NCBI GenBank assembly: GCA_965246825.1
Contig: OZ251990.1
Location: 3,894,541-3,958,540, forward strand
Direction of reading: 5' to 3'
From: Chthonomonadaceae bacterium
GTDB lineage: Bacteria; Armatimonadota; Chthonomonadetes; Chthonomonadales; Chthonomonadaceae
Length of the DNA: 64,000 nucleotides
Made by a program: the position numbers and the translations under genes. Shown here piece by piece: positions 10,034 through 20,375 of the stretch. The notes under the pieces are model-generated. The model worked only from the letters and a program-made list of their open reading frames with translations, did not search any database and had not been told where the DNA came from. Position 1 is the first letter of the stretch. Each line of letters starts with the position of its first letter.

Positions 10034-10168
10034 TTTCTCTTGCAGAACAAGCCTTTTCATAAATGTACTTGCTGCTTCACGACCCTAACCTAATTGCATT
10101 CCGATAACTTTCTCGTCCACCGCCAGCGTTCCCTTCAGGGCGGCATGGTTCTCTCTTTTTCGGGAATT

Positions 10169-11290
10169 TCAGGGCAGCGTGGCAGCAAAGAGAAACGCAC
10201 GGGCGGCAGAGGCTTGATCCAGCAGCGAGGTGCGCGTGCGTTTTCCGGCTTTCTCCGACCAGCGGGTGGGGAAATAGCCATCCTCCCCGCGTCCAAGCTG
10301 CCCCAAGGCCAGCAGCGCACGAAATACTCGGTTTCGCCGTGCCGAGTCTCTGTCTGCGACAGCCAGTTTCAGCAGTGCCTCGGCCAGGTGTTCTGCGAAA
10401 AATGCCTCATCTTTAATTGCGCCGGTGTTTTTGTCGAGCCACCGGGCTTCTGCTGCCGCTGCAATCCTCCTTGCTTCCACCAAATAAGCCTTTTGCTTTT
10501 CTGTTTTGGCCAGCAGAACGTTGGCTTCGATCATCAGCGCAGAGTTGTACGACCACTTCGCTTTGTCTCGTTCACCGCCCGTCTTGACATGGTCGAAGTA
10601 AAGACCGTCGCTGTCCTGCAAAGAGGTGGTTGTCCATTCATAAAGACGCAGAGCCGTCCGCCGATACCCGGCATCCCCCGTTTTTTCCCAGTAGAGGAGA
10701 GCCGCCACAATTGCGGGGGCATTCGAGCAGGTGTTGCGCGTGTTCTGCGGATGCTCGCGCCAGTAAAGCCCCCCCTCACTGCGATCTTCACCGCTCAGTA
10801 CGAAATCCAGCGTCTTTTTCGCTCTCTTCAGCGTTTCCGGGCGTTTGTCGTGCGCGTACATTTCCAAAAAGGTCAGCGCGATCCAGGCGTTGTCATCATA
10901 GTAGCGATCCGGGGGCTTCGGGAGCGGCAGTACGTCATACCCTGCCCTGCCGCCCGCGGTGCTCCAGTAGGCATCCATGCCCGCCGTCAGTGCGGCGAGC
11001 GGAGAACGATATTTTTCTGGGGAAAGAATAGCGGCGGCACTCAGCGCGGAGAGCATCGCTCCCGCTCCCCACGTAAAGGCCGGATCGCCGCCTTTGGGTT
11101 TTCCCACCGACCGCTCATCTGCGAACAAACCGGGGCGCGAAGCGGGGAATTCCGTTAAAAGGCACTGCAGAGTCGCTTCTCCCCATCGAGCGAACCGCGC
11201 CTGAACCTCATTAGGGGTACAGGAACGAACTGAGAGAAAAGACGGTGACGTTTCCATCGGGGGGGAGACGGGCAGAAACGGAAGAGGCAT
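10169..11290 (-). CDS. six-hairpin glycoside hydrolase, GH76-like (alpha-1,6-mannanase family)
   Basis: YYDDNAWIALTFLE and ALLYWEKTGD motifs resemble GH76. Start chosen at ATG 11290, after an AAGGAAA ribosome-binding site, to avoid overlap with the upstream small gene. The maximal ORF reaches 11368. Confidence 0.45.
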   Translation of the reverse strand: MPLPFLPVSPPMETSPSFLSVRSCTPNEVQARFARWGEATLQCLLTEFPASRPGLFADERSVGKPKGGDPAFTWGAGAMLSALSAAAILSPEKYRSPLAALTAGMDAYWSTAGGRAGYDVLPLPKPPDRYYDDNAWIALTFLEMYAHDKRPETLKRAKKTLDFVLSGEDRSEGGLYWREHPQNTRNTCSNAPAIVAALLYWEKTGDAGYRRTALRLYEWTTTSLQDSDGLYFDHVKTGGERDKAKWSYNSALMIEANVLLAKTEKQKAYLVEARRIAAAAEARWLDKNTGAIKDEAFFAEHLAEALLKLAVADRDSARRNRVFRALLALGQLGRGEDGYFPTRWSEKAGKRTRTSLLDQASAARAFLFAATLP

Positions 11291-11333
11291 CCGACGTTTT
11301 CCTTGAAATGAGCGATGAGAAAAAATTCTCAGG

Positions 11334-11630
11334 CTAGTGGTTGCCGACAGTTCGGATAGCAAACTCACCTCGCCCTGCCGTGATCTCGTTCACTTTCTTT
11401 TGATCGGCGGGGCTGAGTTTGGAAAAATCGCCGCTGCATTCTCTGGCTTTTTGTTTTAGAAAGTCCTGATCCTGAGTCTGCTTTTCCATCTGGGCAGCAG
11501 TAGCCGTCCCCGGCGTGTAAAACAAAGTTCGATAACCGATGCCGCCCACCAGCAAAATCGCCGCTGCAATCAGCGGAATCATTACCGCCATCGGGACCTG
11601 CGGCCCGGAGACCGTTTTTCCTTTCGCCAT
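11334..11630 (-). CDS. small membrane protein (hypothetical)
   Basis: MAKGKTVSGPQVPMAVMIPLIAAAILLVGGIGY has one TM helix. No family assignment. Coordinates may be off by 1 nt. Confidence 0.3.
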   Translation of the reverse strand: MAKGKTVSGPQVPMAVMIPLIAAAILLVGGIGYRTLFYTPGTATAAQMEKQTQDQDFLKQKARECSGDFSKLSPADQKKVNEITAGRGEFAIRTVGNH

Positions 11631-11720
11631 CACACGCTTCCTTTCCTGCAAGGAAAACGCAGATCAGAGACTTTCCGATCCGCGTTTTCTCTTAGGTCTG
11701 CTCTCTTGACGCCCTTGTGA

Positions 11721-12575
11721 TTATTTCCACTCTCGCACAGCGTTTGCCCGCTGCAGTTGTGCGCCCTGGTTGCGCCAGCCGTCGTTGACATAGGGGCTGT
11801 TGGGGCCAAAGCAGTTCCATACGTCTGAGGAAATGGAAGCAGGGCCTTTGATCGCTTTTGCGTGACCGTCGAAAAACGCAAACTGCGTCATTCCACCGGA
11901 GTGCCCTTTGACACAGGAAAAACCTGTTCCGCCAGAGGGCAGCCCGTCCTGCGTACACTCGTATCCCACGAATTCAGCAGAGACATCCGAAAAAGTCACC
12001 CTTGACTCGGCTACCATTCCGATATTGGCAGGGGCATCAATGCTGGCCAAGGCTCCGTTTCCACAGCCTCCGTCTCCAACACAGGGCCAGAATTTAGACC
12101 CATTGTTCAAGCCCGCGTCATTGTTGATCGCATAAGAGCGAGGAAAGCGGGTGGCCTCATCCCCCGGCTTTCCGGTTCCGCCAAATCCCCAGGGAATGGT
12201 GGTTGCCCAGGCCGCTGTGTTATCGGGGCACTGAAAGATTCCGCCCGACCCCGCCGAGGCATAGGCAACGCCGCCATTGTAATCGCGCCCGCCGTTTTTG
12301 ATGTAAGGCAGAATGGCGTCTTTCCAGGAGGTCATTCGCGGTGTCCACCAGTCTCCCCCGTTGGCGGTCACCCGGCGAAAGGGAGCGGTTTCGTCGTAAT
12401 CCTGCACATACATCATAAAGCCGAGACCGATCTGCTTCATATTGGACAGACAGGAAATCTGGCGGGCTTTGGCCCGCGCCTGTGCAAAGACAGGGAAAAG
12501 AATCGCTGCAAGAATGGCAATAATTGCGATCACCACAAGCAGTTCAATCAGGGTAAAACCCATTGTACGTTTCAT
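11721..12575 (-). CDS. prepilin-type N-terminal cleavage/methylation domain protein with DUF1559 C-terminal domain
   Basis: [34 protein letters not shown] (type IV pilin-like leader and helix). The C-terminal FFDGHAKAI motif is typical of DUF1559. Confidence 0.8.
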   Translation of the reverse strand: MKRTMGFTLIELLVVIAIIAILAAILFPVFAQARAKARQISCLSNMKQIGLGFMMYVQDYDETAPFRRVTANGGDWWTPRMTSWKDAILPYIKNGGRDYNGGVAYASAGSGGIFQCPDNTAAWATTIPWGFGGTGKPGDEATRFPRSYAINNDAGLNNGSKFWPCVGDGGCGNGALASIDAPANIGMVAESRVTFSDVSAEFVGYECTQDGLPSGGTGFSCVKGHSGGMTQFAFFDGHAKAIKGPASISSDVWNCFGPNSPYVNDGWRNQGAQLQRANAVREWK

Positions 12576-12649
12576 AACAGTTCTCCTCTCGAAAGCAGAC
12601 TTGCCGCTCTCGCTTGCGAAGGGGTAATCGAAGCCGCCTTTAGAGCGGC

Positions 12650-13687
12650 TCAGAGAGCGGAGGGCGGCAGGATAGAGCGGCCCTCCACAAGTTGGCCCGG
12701 CAGCAATAGCTGAGCTCCTGCCGGAACAGCGTGATGAATTTGTGACCAAACCTGTTTTGCGGCCTCATAGCCCATAGAGCGCACCGGCAGCAGCACACCG
12801 TTCACCGCGACGGAACAGCGAGCCAGCATCTCTGCGCTTTCCGAGAGGGCGGAAACCGAAACCTCTTCAGGCACACGCACGCCGTGATCGTCGAGCCAGT
12901 GCATCGTTCCAACGGCAATGCGTCCATTCGCACAAAAAAACGCGGTGGGACGAACCGAGGCGGGCAGGTTCATCGCAACCCCCGTGCCATAGTAGGCCGA
13001 CTCTTCCCAGTATTCGCCTTCAATAATACGCTGCGGGTCTACAGCAATCTCTGCCTCCCGGTGCGCTGCCTGAAATCCTTCAAGCCGCTGGGCACTACTC
13101 AGGAGCTCCGAGTTGCCGTTGAGCATCGCAACGCGAGTGTGTCCGGCCTCCAGGAGAGGCCGAACCGCCAGAAGTGCACAGTTTTTGTTGTCGGCATCCA
13201 CAAAGGAAATGTCTGCTTCCGAACGGCTGTCTCCAAGGGTCACAAACGGAAGTGAGGAACGAGAGAGAGCCGCAAGCAGCACGGTATCGCTGCGCGGGAT
13301 CACCACGATCAGCCCGTCACAGTGCCCGTCACAGTAGATCGGCAGGTTGGCCAGGGCTTCCTCCCAGGAGGCCTCGGCAAACAAAACTGTTTTCTGATGT
13401 TCCGTTTTATTGAATTGTAAAATGCCGTCCAGAACTGGGCCGAGAAAAGGGTCGGAGGTCACGGAGGGAAGATCGTAAGCAAGCACAACACCGAGCGAGT
13501 TCATCGGCTTCCCCGCCAGACCTCGCGCCACCGCTGAGGGGTGATAGCCCATATCGCTGGCAATACTGCGAATGCGGTCACGAGTGAGCGGAGCAACAAG
13601 AGCTTCGGTCTCGCCGTTGAGCACTCGCGAGACGGTGGCGCGAGAAACCCCGGCACGTTCGGCGACCTGACGAATGGAGATGGGCAT
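12650..13687 (-). CDS. LacI-family transcriptional regulator
   Basis: The N-terminal [28 protein letters not shown], followed by a periplasmic-binding-protein-like fold. Start at ATG 13687. Confidence 0.85.
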   Translation of the reverse strand: MPISIRQVAERAGVSRATVSRVLNGETEALVAPLTRDRIRSIASDMGYHPSAVARGLAGKPMNSLGVVLAYDLPSVTSDPFLGPVLDGILQFNKTEHQKTVLFAEASWEEALANLPIYCDGHCDGLIVVIPRSDTVLLAALSRSSLPFVTLGDSRSEADISFVDADNKNCALLAVRPLLEAGHTRVAMLNGNSELLSSAQRLEGFQAAHREAEIAVDPQRIIEGEYWEESAYYGTGVAMNLPASVRPTAFFCANGRIAVGTMHWLDDHGVRVPEEVSVSALSESAEMLARCSVAVNGVLLPVRSMGYEAAKQVWSQIHHAVPAGAQLLLPGQLVEGRSILPPSAL

Positions 13688-13715
13688 TTTCGGGTTTAGC
13701 TTCTTCTCAAAATTC

Positions 13716-13746
13716 AATGTAACCGGTTGCAGAAACCGGTTACATT
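13716..13746. promoter_or_regulatory. LacI-type operator-like palindrome upstream of the LacI-family gene
   Basis: AATGTAACCGGTT-gcaga-AACCGGTTACATT is a perfect 13-bp inverted repeat. The half-sites resemble the LacI-family operator pattern TGNAANCGNTNNCA. Confidence 0.5.
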
Positions 13747-13920
13747 GAGGATAACACAACGCAGGCTTCTTGTCAAGAGGAAATTTGCGGAGTTTTTGCC
13801 AGCAATTGCAGAAAGTGAGGGGATTATAAAAAACACAGCGGTTAAGGAGAGCAGGGAGAACGCAAACCAGAAACGGGGAGGGTATTTGTTTCTGGTTTGT
13901 GCGGCGCGAAAGTTGGCCCG

Positions 13921-14808
13921 TTACCAGTCCAGCACTGGCGGCAAAAACTCGGAGATTAAGTCTTCGTAGAAGGGGCGAAGTGCCTCCACGCTGGGTCGTT
14001 CCAGGCCTTTGGAGTACAGGTCGTAAGGATTGAAAGCCCGTACCGCTTTCAGCATTTCTCGGTCGTGCGCGTTCATCAGATGGGTGTAGGCTCCTTCTTT
14101 GTGCCCCGGATAAAAGGAGTGGTAGCGAATCATGGCGAGGGCTTCCGGCGGCAGATATTCTTTCACGACCCCATAAAGATATTCATCATGCCCCCAGGAC
14201 AGGTGAACGTTGTCCAGCCCGCACCCCGGTCTATAGACACCATACAGGGTTTGATAAACGGGATGATGCCGGTCGGGATTGTCGGCGAAAAACTCCGGGT
14301 AAACGATTTTTTCGGAATAAGCGGACCCCACCGGAAAGGTGTCCCCCACCACTGCCCACTGCGGCTCTCCGTAAAGGCAGAGCACCTTGCCGAGATCATG
14401 CAGCAGCCCCACCAGAATAAACGGGCGGGGCTGCCCGTCTTTGCGGATCGCCTCGGCGGTTTGCATCAGGTGTTCGATTTGGGTGAAGTTTACATCCGGG
14501 TCGCTGTCATCCACAAGCGTATCGAGAAATTCCATCGCTTCCCAAACGCTCATGCGGCGTTTTTGGCGTGAAAGGTACTGCTGCTTTTTCTCCTGAACAA
14601 ACGCAAAGGTCTGATATTGATGGTTCAGCCGATAAAATTCTTTTACACTGCTGCGTGCTTCGGCTTGATAGTCTCGAAACGGTTTGCCTGCCGTTTCCGC
14701 GAGCACACCGCTTTCCGGCTTCGGGTAACGCCGCTTCAGGTCGTTTTCCCACGCTTCCATCAGGTTTACTTCTGGGGCGGAGCGCACTTCTGCATTGGGT
14801 TCACTCAT
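13921..14808 (-). CDS. myo-inositol oxygenase
   Basis: HD-domain motifs [25 protein letters not shown], and the characteristic C-terminal W. Confidence 0.8.
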   Translation of the reverse strand: MSEPNAEVRSAPEVNLMEAWENDLKRRYPKPESGVLAETAGKPFRDYQAEARSSVKEFYRLNHQYQTFAFVQEKKQQYLSRQKRRMSVWEAMEFLDTLVDDSDPDVNFTQIEHLMQTAEAIRKDGQPRPFILVGLLHDLGKVLCLYGEPQWAVVGDTFPVGSAYSEKIVYPEFFADNPDRHHPVYQTLYGVYRPGCGLDNVHLSWGHDEYLYGVVKEYLPPEALAMIRYHSFYPGHKEGAYTHLMNAHDREMLKAVRAFNPYDLYSKGLERPSVEALRPFYEDLISEFLPPVLDW

Positions 14809-14827
14809 CGGTTTTTTTCGCTTTCAA

Positions 14828-15331
14828 TCACGCTTGACCTGCTGAAGATCGGTTTTGCCAAACCCAGTCCACATAGTCCGTATCTAGCGTTTCACCCCCC
14901 AATTGATCCACGAGCAAAGCAATCTGGCCGCGATGATAAAGGGCATGAAGCACCAGCTGCAAAATTTGTACCTCGGAGGAAAGGCGAAAGCGTTCTCCAC
15001 CCTCCGAAAACTCAAAGTCACTTTTCAGCTTCGCTTCGCTCAGAACTGCGAGGTAATCTGTCCACCGGGCTTCGAGAGCGGCAAAGCGAGGTTCCAGCGT
15101 TTCTAAACTGCTGTCCGTCTCCAACCCTTCCTTGAGTTCCCCGCCGTCCCCGACGAGATGCGTGAGCCAGTATTCCCGGCAGGAAGCGAGATGGGCCGCC
15201 AGGTTCACGGCCCTTTGAAATCGCTGATCGGCCTGCTGTTCTGAAGGAACAGAAGCCAGCATTGCGAACAGTTTCCGATTGGAGTCTTTTTCGTAATCGT
15301 AAAGCTCGCGGTAAAGTTCGAGGCTGGACAT
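14828..15331 (-). CDS. DinB/YfiT-family (DinB_2) metal-dependent protein
   Basis: Four-helix bundle signature with HALYHRGQ and a good AAGGAGAA ribosome-binding site. Confidence 0.7.
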   Translation of the reverse strand: MSSLELYRELYDYEKDSNRKLFAMLASVPSEQQADQRFQRAVNLAAHLASCREYWLTHLVGDGGELKEGLETDSSLETLEPRFAALEARWTDYLAVLSEAKLKSDFEFSEGGERFRLSSEVQILQLVLHALYHRGQIALLVDQLGGETLDTDYVDWVWQNRSSAGQA

Positions 15332-15535
15332 CTAAATTCTCCTTAATTCGTTTGGGTGACTTTCTTCACGCTCACTCACTGAGCAAAATCCTCCATTTCA
15401 CCGTAAAAATAAAGGGAAGGAGGGTGCAGGTCATTTTCGTCCTTTTCTTCATTTTTTCTCTGCTTTCCTGCCGTCATTTTACGTTTTTGACCGTTCGGCG
15501 GTTTGCGGGTGCTTTTGGCCGCTCGAAGTCTTTCG

Positions 15536-16072
15536 TCAAAACAGATTTTTCAGGCGTCTCCATTCCTCTTGAATTGTTTCAAAGGGGTAAATGGAAGCAG
15601 ATGAATGTTTACGGTTTTTCAGGCAGATTTTCATCTCTTCCCAGGCAGCGTCCTGCCTGCCAAGTGCTTGATAGCAATGGCTCAGGCGATAGCGGCAGTC
15701 GGTCAGCAGGCCCTTCGCCCACACGATCCCCTCGCCGCAAGGCTTGTAAGCAATAGAATTTAAGCCTCGCTCGACAAGACGGCGATACAAATCAACGGCA
15801 TTTTCGAAGCGTTCCAACATTTCCAATGCCCCGGCATAATCCCATAAAACAAGCGGGCAGTTCGGCTGAAGGGCATACGCCTGCCGCGAGAACTCCAGAG
15901 CACGCACATAGTCGAACTGCTCATAGCAGGTCAGGCTTAGGCGCGTGAGAAGCCAGTGCGGGTCTTGGGGGTTTTTCGCTAGATCCGCTTCGATAAGCCG
16001 CCGTGCCCCCTCCCAATCGTCTTCCTGAATACACTGCTCAATCGGGTTCTCTGTTGGTAAGTGCTGCCGCAC
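15536..16072 (-). CDS. tetratricopeptide-repeat protein
   Basis: TPR-like degenerate 34-mers (ALEFSRQAYALQPNCPLVLWDYAGALE...). Confidence 0.45.
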   Translation of the reverse strand: MRQHLPTENPIEQCIQEDDWEGARRLIEADLAKNPQDPHWLLTRLSLTCYEQFDYVRALEFSRQAYALQPNCPLVLWDYAGALEMLERFENAVDLYRRLVERGLNSIAYKPCGEGIVWAKGLLTDCRYRLSHCYQALGRQDAAWEEMKICLKNRKHSSASIYPFETIQEEWRRLKNLF

Positions 16073-16114
16073 GACAATCCTCCTGACCAGGAACAGAATT
16101 CCAAATTCAATCGT

Positions 16115-16930
16115 TTAGGGAGTTGAGAGCATTTTTTCGGCGGCTTTGCGCGGGACTTCGGGCAGGTGCGCAATCAGTTCCGAAATCGTGACAAAGCGAT
16201 AGCCGTCCCGTTGTAGCTGCTCTAAAATAATGGGCAAGGCCCGAATCGTCGGCGGGTAGTCGTGAAGCAGAATGATGGCTCCATTGCGGGTATTGTTTAA
16301 GATTCGCTTGACAATGACTTCCGAGGAGTTGCGGGCATCGAAGTCTCCGCCGACGGCAGAATAACTCACCGTAATGTAGCCTTTGGCTTTGAGGTCTTCC
16401 AGCACTGCTGTATTAAACTGCATTCCCGGCGGACGAAACAGCGTCAGATGCTTGCCCGTTACCTCGTAGTAGGCGATGTCGGTGTCGTTCACCTCACGGT
16501 GCAGCGATTTGCGAGTCATATGCGGCAGGCGATTGTGATACATAGAATGATTGGCGATCTCGTGCCCTTCCGCAAGGGTGCGGAGCACAAGATCGGGCCG
16601 TTCTTCGATCCGGCGTCCGACATCGAAAAACGTCCCATGCGCTCCATACTTTTTGAGCAGATCGAGCACCGCTTCCCGCCCGCCCGGATGGGGGCCGTCA
16701 TCGAAAGTGAGCGCGACTTCGGGCAGCGAACGATTGCCATGCATCAGAATCGCCCGTTCCGTATCATAAAGGTCTTCGCCGCGAAAGCGGCGCACCCAGA
16801 ACATTGGGTTGACCGCTTCCTTCAGGGTAATCGTATGGCGGCTGGAAAGACCCCAGTAAACGCCCGTCAAACCCGCGAGCAGACCCAGCAAAACCAAAAT
16901 TTTCGCTCGTTTTCGTACTGCACTCCACAT
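16115..16930 (-). CDS. polysaccharide deacetylase (CE4/NodB family), membrane-anchored
   Basis: ALTFDDGPHPGG, HSMYH. N-terminal TM helix after start ATG 16930. Confidence 0.8.
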   Translation of the reverse strand: MWSAVRKRAKILVLLGLLAGLTGVYWGLSSRHTITLKEAVNPMFWVRRFRGEDLYDTERAILMHGNRSLPEVALTFDDGPHPGGREAVLDLLKKYGAHGTFFDVGRRIEERPDLVLRTLAEGHEIANHSMYHNRLPHMTRKSLHREVNDTDIAYYEVTGKHLTLFRPPGMQFNTAVLEDLKAKGYITVSYSAVGGDFDARNSSEVIVKRILNNTRNGAIILLHDYPPTIRALPIILEQLQRDGYRFVTISELIAHLPEVPRKAAEKMLSTP

Positions 16931-16974
16931 TTTGCCATTCTTTCCCGCTTTTTCACCGATTTGCCTTTTCAATT

Positions 16975-17004
16975 TTGCACAAATCGTCACTCTCGTATTA
17001 TACT
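16975..17004 (+). promoter_or_regulatory. candidate sigma70 promoter for moaA (possibly leaderless transcript)
   Basis: TTGCAC then TATTAT/TATACT at 15-18 nt spacing. The -10 ends ~7 nt before the ATG, and there is no ribosome-binding site. Confidence 0.3.
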
Positions 17005-17010
17005 ATCTCT

Positions 17011-18168
17011 ATGCCGCTCATTGATTCTTACGGACGCACGATTGATTACCTTCGTCTCAGCATCACCGACCGATGTAATTTTCGGTGCGTTTACTGCATG
17101 CCGGAAGAAGGAGCCCCGATTTCGCCGAAATCGTGCATTCTCACCTTCGAGGAAATCGAACGGCTCGCACGGATTGCGGTTTCCCTGGGAATGACCAAAC
17201 TCCGCCTGACCGGGGGCGAGCCGCTGGTTCGACGCGACATAGACCGCCTCGTAACCTCTATCGGCTCCATTGAGGGGCTGCGTGACCTTTCCCTTACCAC
17301 CAACGGTTTTTTGCTGGATCGCTTTGCCGAAAGTTTTCAGAAGGGCGGGCTGAATCGCGTCAACATTTCTCTCGACACGCTCAAACCCGAACGCTTTACC
17401 CGCATTGCCCGCCGGGGTGACCTTGCGGGAGTGTGGAAAGGAATCAAGGCTGCACTGCAGTACGGTCTCACCCCGCTGAAGTTGAACTGTGTGGTGATGC
17501 GGGGTTACAACGAGGACGAAATCGCGGAATTCGCCCGCCTGACGCTGGAGGCTCCGCTTCATGTCCGCTTTATCGAACTCATGCCGATCAATTGGTCTTC
17601 CGGGGAGGATGCCGGGGCGGGGCTTTCCGACTTCTTTGCCCTTTCCGCCCTGCCCGGCTACACCCGCAACGCCAATGTGATGCTGTATGCCGCCCCGACT
17701 TCCGGCCCCCCTTCCCTGCTTCGCGAACGAGGGGGGGCAGAAGCCGGGATGCTGGACGCCGGACAAATGCGAAAAGCCTTTGTGCCCGCCTCGGAAATGC
17801 GGGATCGAATCGAATCCGAATGGGGTGAACTTTCTTCTGCCAACCTCCAGACGAACGGCCCAGCTTCGGCGTTTCGGCTTCGCAAACCTGATGGAACGCC
17901 TGCGCAGGGAACCGTCGGCTTTATCAGCCAGATTACAAGCGATGTGTGCCGGAACTGCAACCGCCTTCGGTTGACGGCAGACGGGCAGCTGCGTCCCTGC
18001 CTTATGGCCGATGGCGAGGCCGATCTGCGAACTCCGCTTCGTGAGGGGGCCAGTGATAAAGAGATTGCGGAGATTTTCCGATCCGTTGTTCTCCACAAAC
18101 CGTTTGAGCATCGGCTTGAAGACGGCAAGGCTCCCCAGGGAAGAAATATGAGTCAATTGGGCGGATAA
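17011..18168 (+). CDS. moaA: GTP 3',8-cyclase MoaA (radical SAM)
   Basis: YLRLSITDRCNFRCVYCMP (CxxxCxxC) and a C-terminal second cluster region. Start at ATG 17011 gives the usual ~12 aa before YLRLS. There is a ~40-aa insertion relative to typical MoaA. Confidence 0.85.
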   Translation: MPLIDSYGRTIDYLRLSITDRCNFRCVYCMPEEGAPISPKSCILTFEEIERLARIAVSLGMTKLRLTGGEPLVRRDIDRLVTSIGSIEGLRDLSLTTNGFLLDRFAESFQKGGLNRVNISLDTLKPERFTRIARRGDLAGVWKGIKAALQYGLTPLKLNCVVMRGYNEDEIAEFARLTLEAPLHVRFIELMPINWSSGEDAGAGLSDFFALSALPGYTRNANVMLYAAPTSGPPSLLRERGGAEAGMLDAGQMRKAFVPASEMRDRIESEWGELSSANLQTNGPASAFRLRKPDGTPAQGTVGFISQITSDVCRNCNRLRLTADGQLRPCLMADGEADLRTPLREGASDKEIAEIFRSVVLHKPFEHRLEDGKAPQGRNMSQLGG

Positions 18169-18371
18169 TCCTAGTTTGTTCGTTTTTAGCGCGAGTTGCG
18201 CTAAAATGAAACTGAGGTTTCGCTGTCGAAAAAGCCGAAGAGTTACTGAGTTTTGATTTTTGCTTTTGGACAACAAGCGGGATTCGAGGCCGAATCCTGC
18301 CGCTCCGTTTTTATCGAATTTCGTCTTCTCCGTGAGGTGAAACTATTAGACCACGTACCCTTCTCACGTTT

Positions 18372-19121
18372 TTGCTGGGCGTTCTCGTTGCGCTGGGAAT
18401 CGAATTCTGTTCGATGCGCCTGTTTTCGGGAACAGACTATCATCGGTGGCTTTCTGCCCGTCCGACTTCCCCGACCCTGCTTTTGTTCGACGCCTGCGCG
18501 TTGATTACTTTGCTCGGCTCCACTTTTCTGGTCAGTGCTCAAAACACGGGTTTGACTTTGGACTATGAACTCGCCACGCTTCGCAGGCAGCACGCCGAGC
18601 AAATGGAGGCCCTAATCCGCCAATCCAATGAACTCGAAGCCCAAATGGAAACTCAAACGGTCGAATTCGAGCGTGTGCTGGAGAATGCAACAATGGAACA
18701 TCAGAAAGCCGAAGCCGCCGCTCACGAGCAGCGAGCCTCCGAACTCGAAGACCTGCGCCGCGCCACTGAGCTGCGCGATGAAGCGATTCACCGCCTTAAA
18801 ACACAGATGGACGCTCAGGCCAAGCAGATGGAAGCCGTAAACCTGGCCCTTCAATATCATCGAGCGGAATTAACCCAGCTTCGGCAGGGGATGCGTGCCC
18901 TTCAGCAGCTAGAGCCGGTCAATCGTGCCGCCGTTCCCCGGCTGACCTCGGAAGAATATCAGGCGATTTCCGCACCTTCCTCCGAAAAAGCCGTTGTTTC
19001 CGAAAAGGAAAGCCCGTTCTCGTTTCTCACTACCGCCGAGGGCGGTACTTCCGAAAAGCGGCTTTCTCCGTTCAGCACCATCGAACCGCAGCGAATTGCT
19101 CCCGAAGAAAGGGCCGGTTAA
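18372..19121 (+). CDS. hypothetical coiled-coil protein with N-terminal hydrophobic segments
   Basis: Long Q/E/A/L-rich heptad region (QMEALIRQSNELEAQMETQ...). Start uncertain. Confidence 0.35.
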   Translation: MLGVLVALGIEFCSMRLFSGTDYHRWLSARPTSPTLLLFDACALITLLGSTFLVSAQNTGLTLDYELATLRRQHAEQMEALIRQSNELEAQMETQTVEFERVLENATMEHQKAEAAAHEQRASELEDLRRATELRDEAIHRLKTQMDAQAKQMEAVNLALQYHRAELTQLRQGMRALQQLEPVNRAAVPRLTSEEYQAISAPSSEKAVVSEKESPFSFLTTAEGGTSEKRLSPFSTIEPQRIAPEERAG

Positions 19122-19188
19122 AACGAACCGTGAAACCGCTGCGTATTAGAAAAGGGCTTTTTACTCCATTTTCGACAGGCACGGCTTT

Positions 19189-19689
19189 TTGATGAGGTCA
19201 ACGTTTACCTACAAGCGAATCCAACGGTTTTTGTTTCCGGCTCTCATCGGCCTCGCCGTTTTTTCCAGCATTCTTACGGGCGGAAAAGCGGGCGGCGATC
19301 TGATATTTCAGCCGTCGCTCGAAAAAGCACGAGAGGAGGCGAAGCGGCTGCATCGTCCGCTGCTTTTAGTCTTTGAGGCACCTGGGTGCGGCTGGTGCCG
19401 CAAACTCGACAACAGCACCTTCACCGATCCGAAGGTTCTTTCCGCCGAACGAAATTACCTCAACGTTCGGCTTGACAGTTCCACCGATGAAACTGAGTTT
19501 CGCCGCTATGAAGTGAGCGAAACGCCCGCCTGTCTTTTTTTGGATGCCGACGGACAAGAACTCCACCGGATCAGCGGCTATCGGACGCCCTCGCAGTTTC
19601 TGGACAGCCTTCAGGTGGCCCAGCGAAACGCCTCCCTTCCGGCAAGCCCGCGTCGTCCGCATCCTGCTCTGCCGCTTTTTCTTCCGTAG
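19189..19689 (+). CDS. secreted thioredoxin-like protein (CxxC)
   Basis: Signal peptide, then LLVFEAPGCGWCRKLD. Confidence 0.6.
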   Translation: MMRSTFTYKRIQRFLFPALIGLAVFSSILTGGKAGGDLIFQPSLEKAREEAKRLHRPLLLVFEAPGCGWCRKLDNSTFTDPKVLSAERNYLNVRLDSSTDETEFRRYEVSETPACLFLDADGQELHRISGYRTPSQFLDSLQVAQRNASLPASPRRPHPALPLFLP

Positions 19690-19715
19690 TCTTTTCAACA
19701 GAACCGAGTAAAACG

Positions 19716-20201
19716 ATGAAACTTTTTTTCCCTTTGCTGATCCTCGCGCCGCTCGCGGCATCCTCTCTGCCGGGACAAACGCCTGTTAAATCTGCTGCTC
19801 CCAAAAAGACCGTCAAGACGAAAACCAAAACCCAGGTGAGCGGAGGTAAAATCGTCTGGCGAACCGACATCAACAAAGCTTTTGCAGAAGCGAAACGGCG
19901 CAAAATGCCCGTGATGCTCGATCTCTACACCGATTGGTGCGGGTGGTGCAAAGAGCTGGACAAAAGCGTTTACCCGGCAGCGAATATTCGTCCCCTGGCA
20001 GCGAAATTCATTTGTGTTCGAGCGAATCCGGAGAAAGACCCGCAGGCAGACGCCTGGCGAAAATCGCTCGGCGTTCACGGCTATCCCTTTATTTCGTTTT
20101 TTAATTCCGGCGGCAAGCCCGTTCTCACCCTTCCGGGCTATGCTCCGGCTCCCACCTTCGAGAAGGTAATGCGTGAAGCCCTGAGCAAAGCACACGCCTA
20201 G
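19716..20201 (+). CDS. secreted thioredoxin-like protein (CxxC), tandem paralog
   Basis: Signal peptide, then VMLDLYTDWCGWCKELDK. Paralogous to 19189..19689 and 60162..60593. Confidence 0.6.
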   Translation: MKLFFPLLILAPLAASSLPGQTPVKSAAPKKTVKTKTKTQVSGGKIVWRTDINKAFAEAKRRKMPVMLDLYTDWCGWCKELDKSVYPAANIRPLAAKFICVRANPEKDPQADAWRKSLGVHGYPFISFFNSGGKPVLTLPGYAPAPTFEKVMREALSKAHA

Positions 20202-20283
20202 TCCTCTTTTCCGCTTTTCACCCCCCGGCACGGTCTTTCAGTTCATTCGTAACAAAAAAAGTTGCGTTTTTTTGGATTTGCCC

Positions 20284-20312
20284 TTGATTTCAAGGTGCAT
20301 CTGCGGTATACT
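20284..20312 (+). promoter_or_regulatory. near-consensus sigma70 promoter upstream of TetR-family gene
   Basis: TTGATT-17 nt-TATACT. Confidence 0.45.
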
Positions 20313-20375
20313 TTCTTTACTAGAACGAACCGGTACTACCTATTCGCTCAAAGAGAAAGACCGCAGGAAAACCTG

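Noticed and set aside
10094-11158. 354-aa ORF on the plus strand
   Set aside because: Lies antisense to the GH76-like gene, is Arg/Pro/Cys-rich and low-complexity with no motifs. A typical high-GC shadow ORF.
18204-18226. Hairpin TTTTAGCGCgagttGCGCTAAAA after moaA
   Set aside because: No T-run on either strand following the stem, so not called as an intrinsic terminator. Possibly a weak structure only.
16987-18276. 429-aa ORF antisense to moaA
   Set aside because: Antisense shadow of a confidently identified radical-SAM gene. No motifs.
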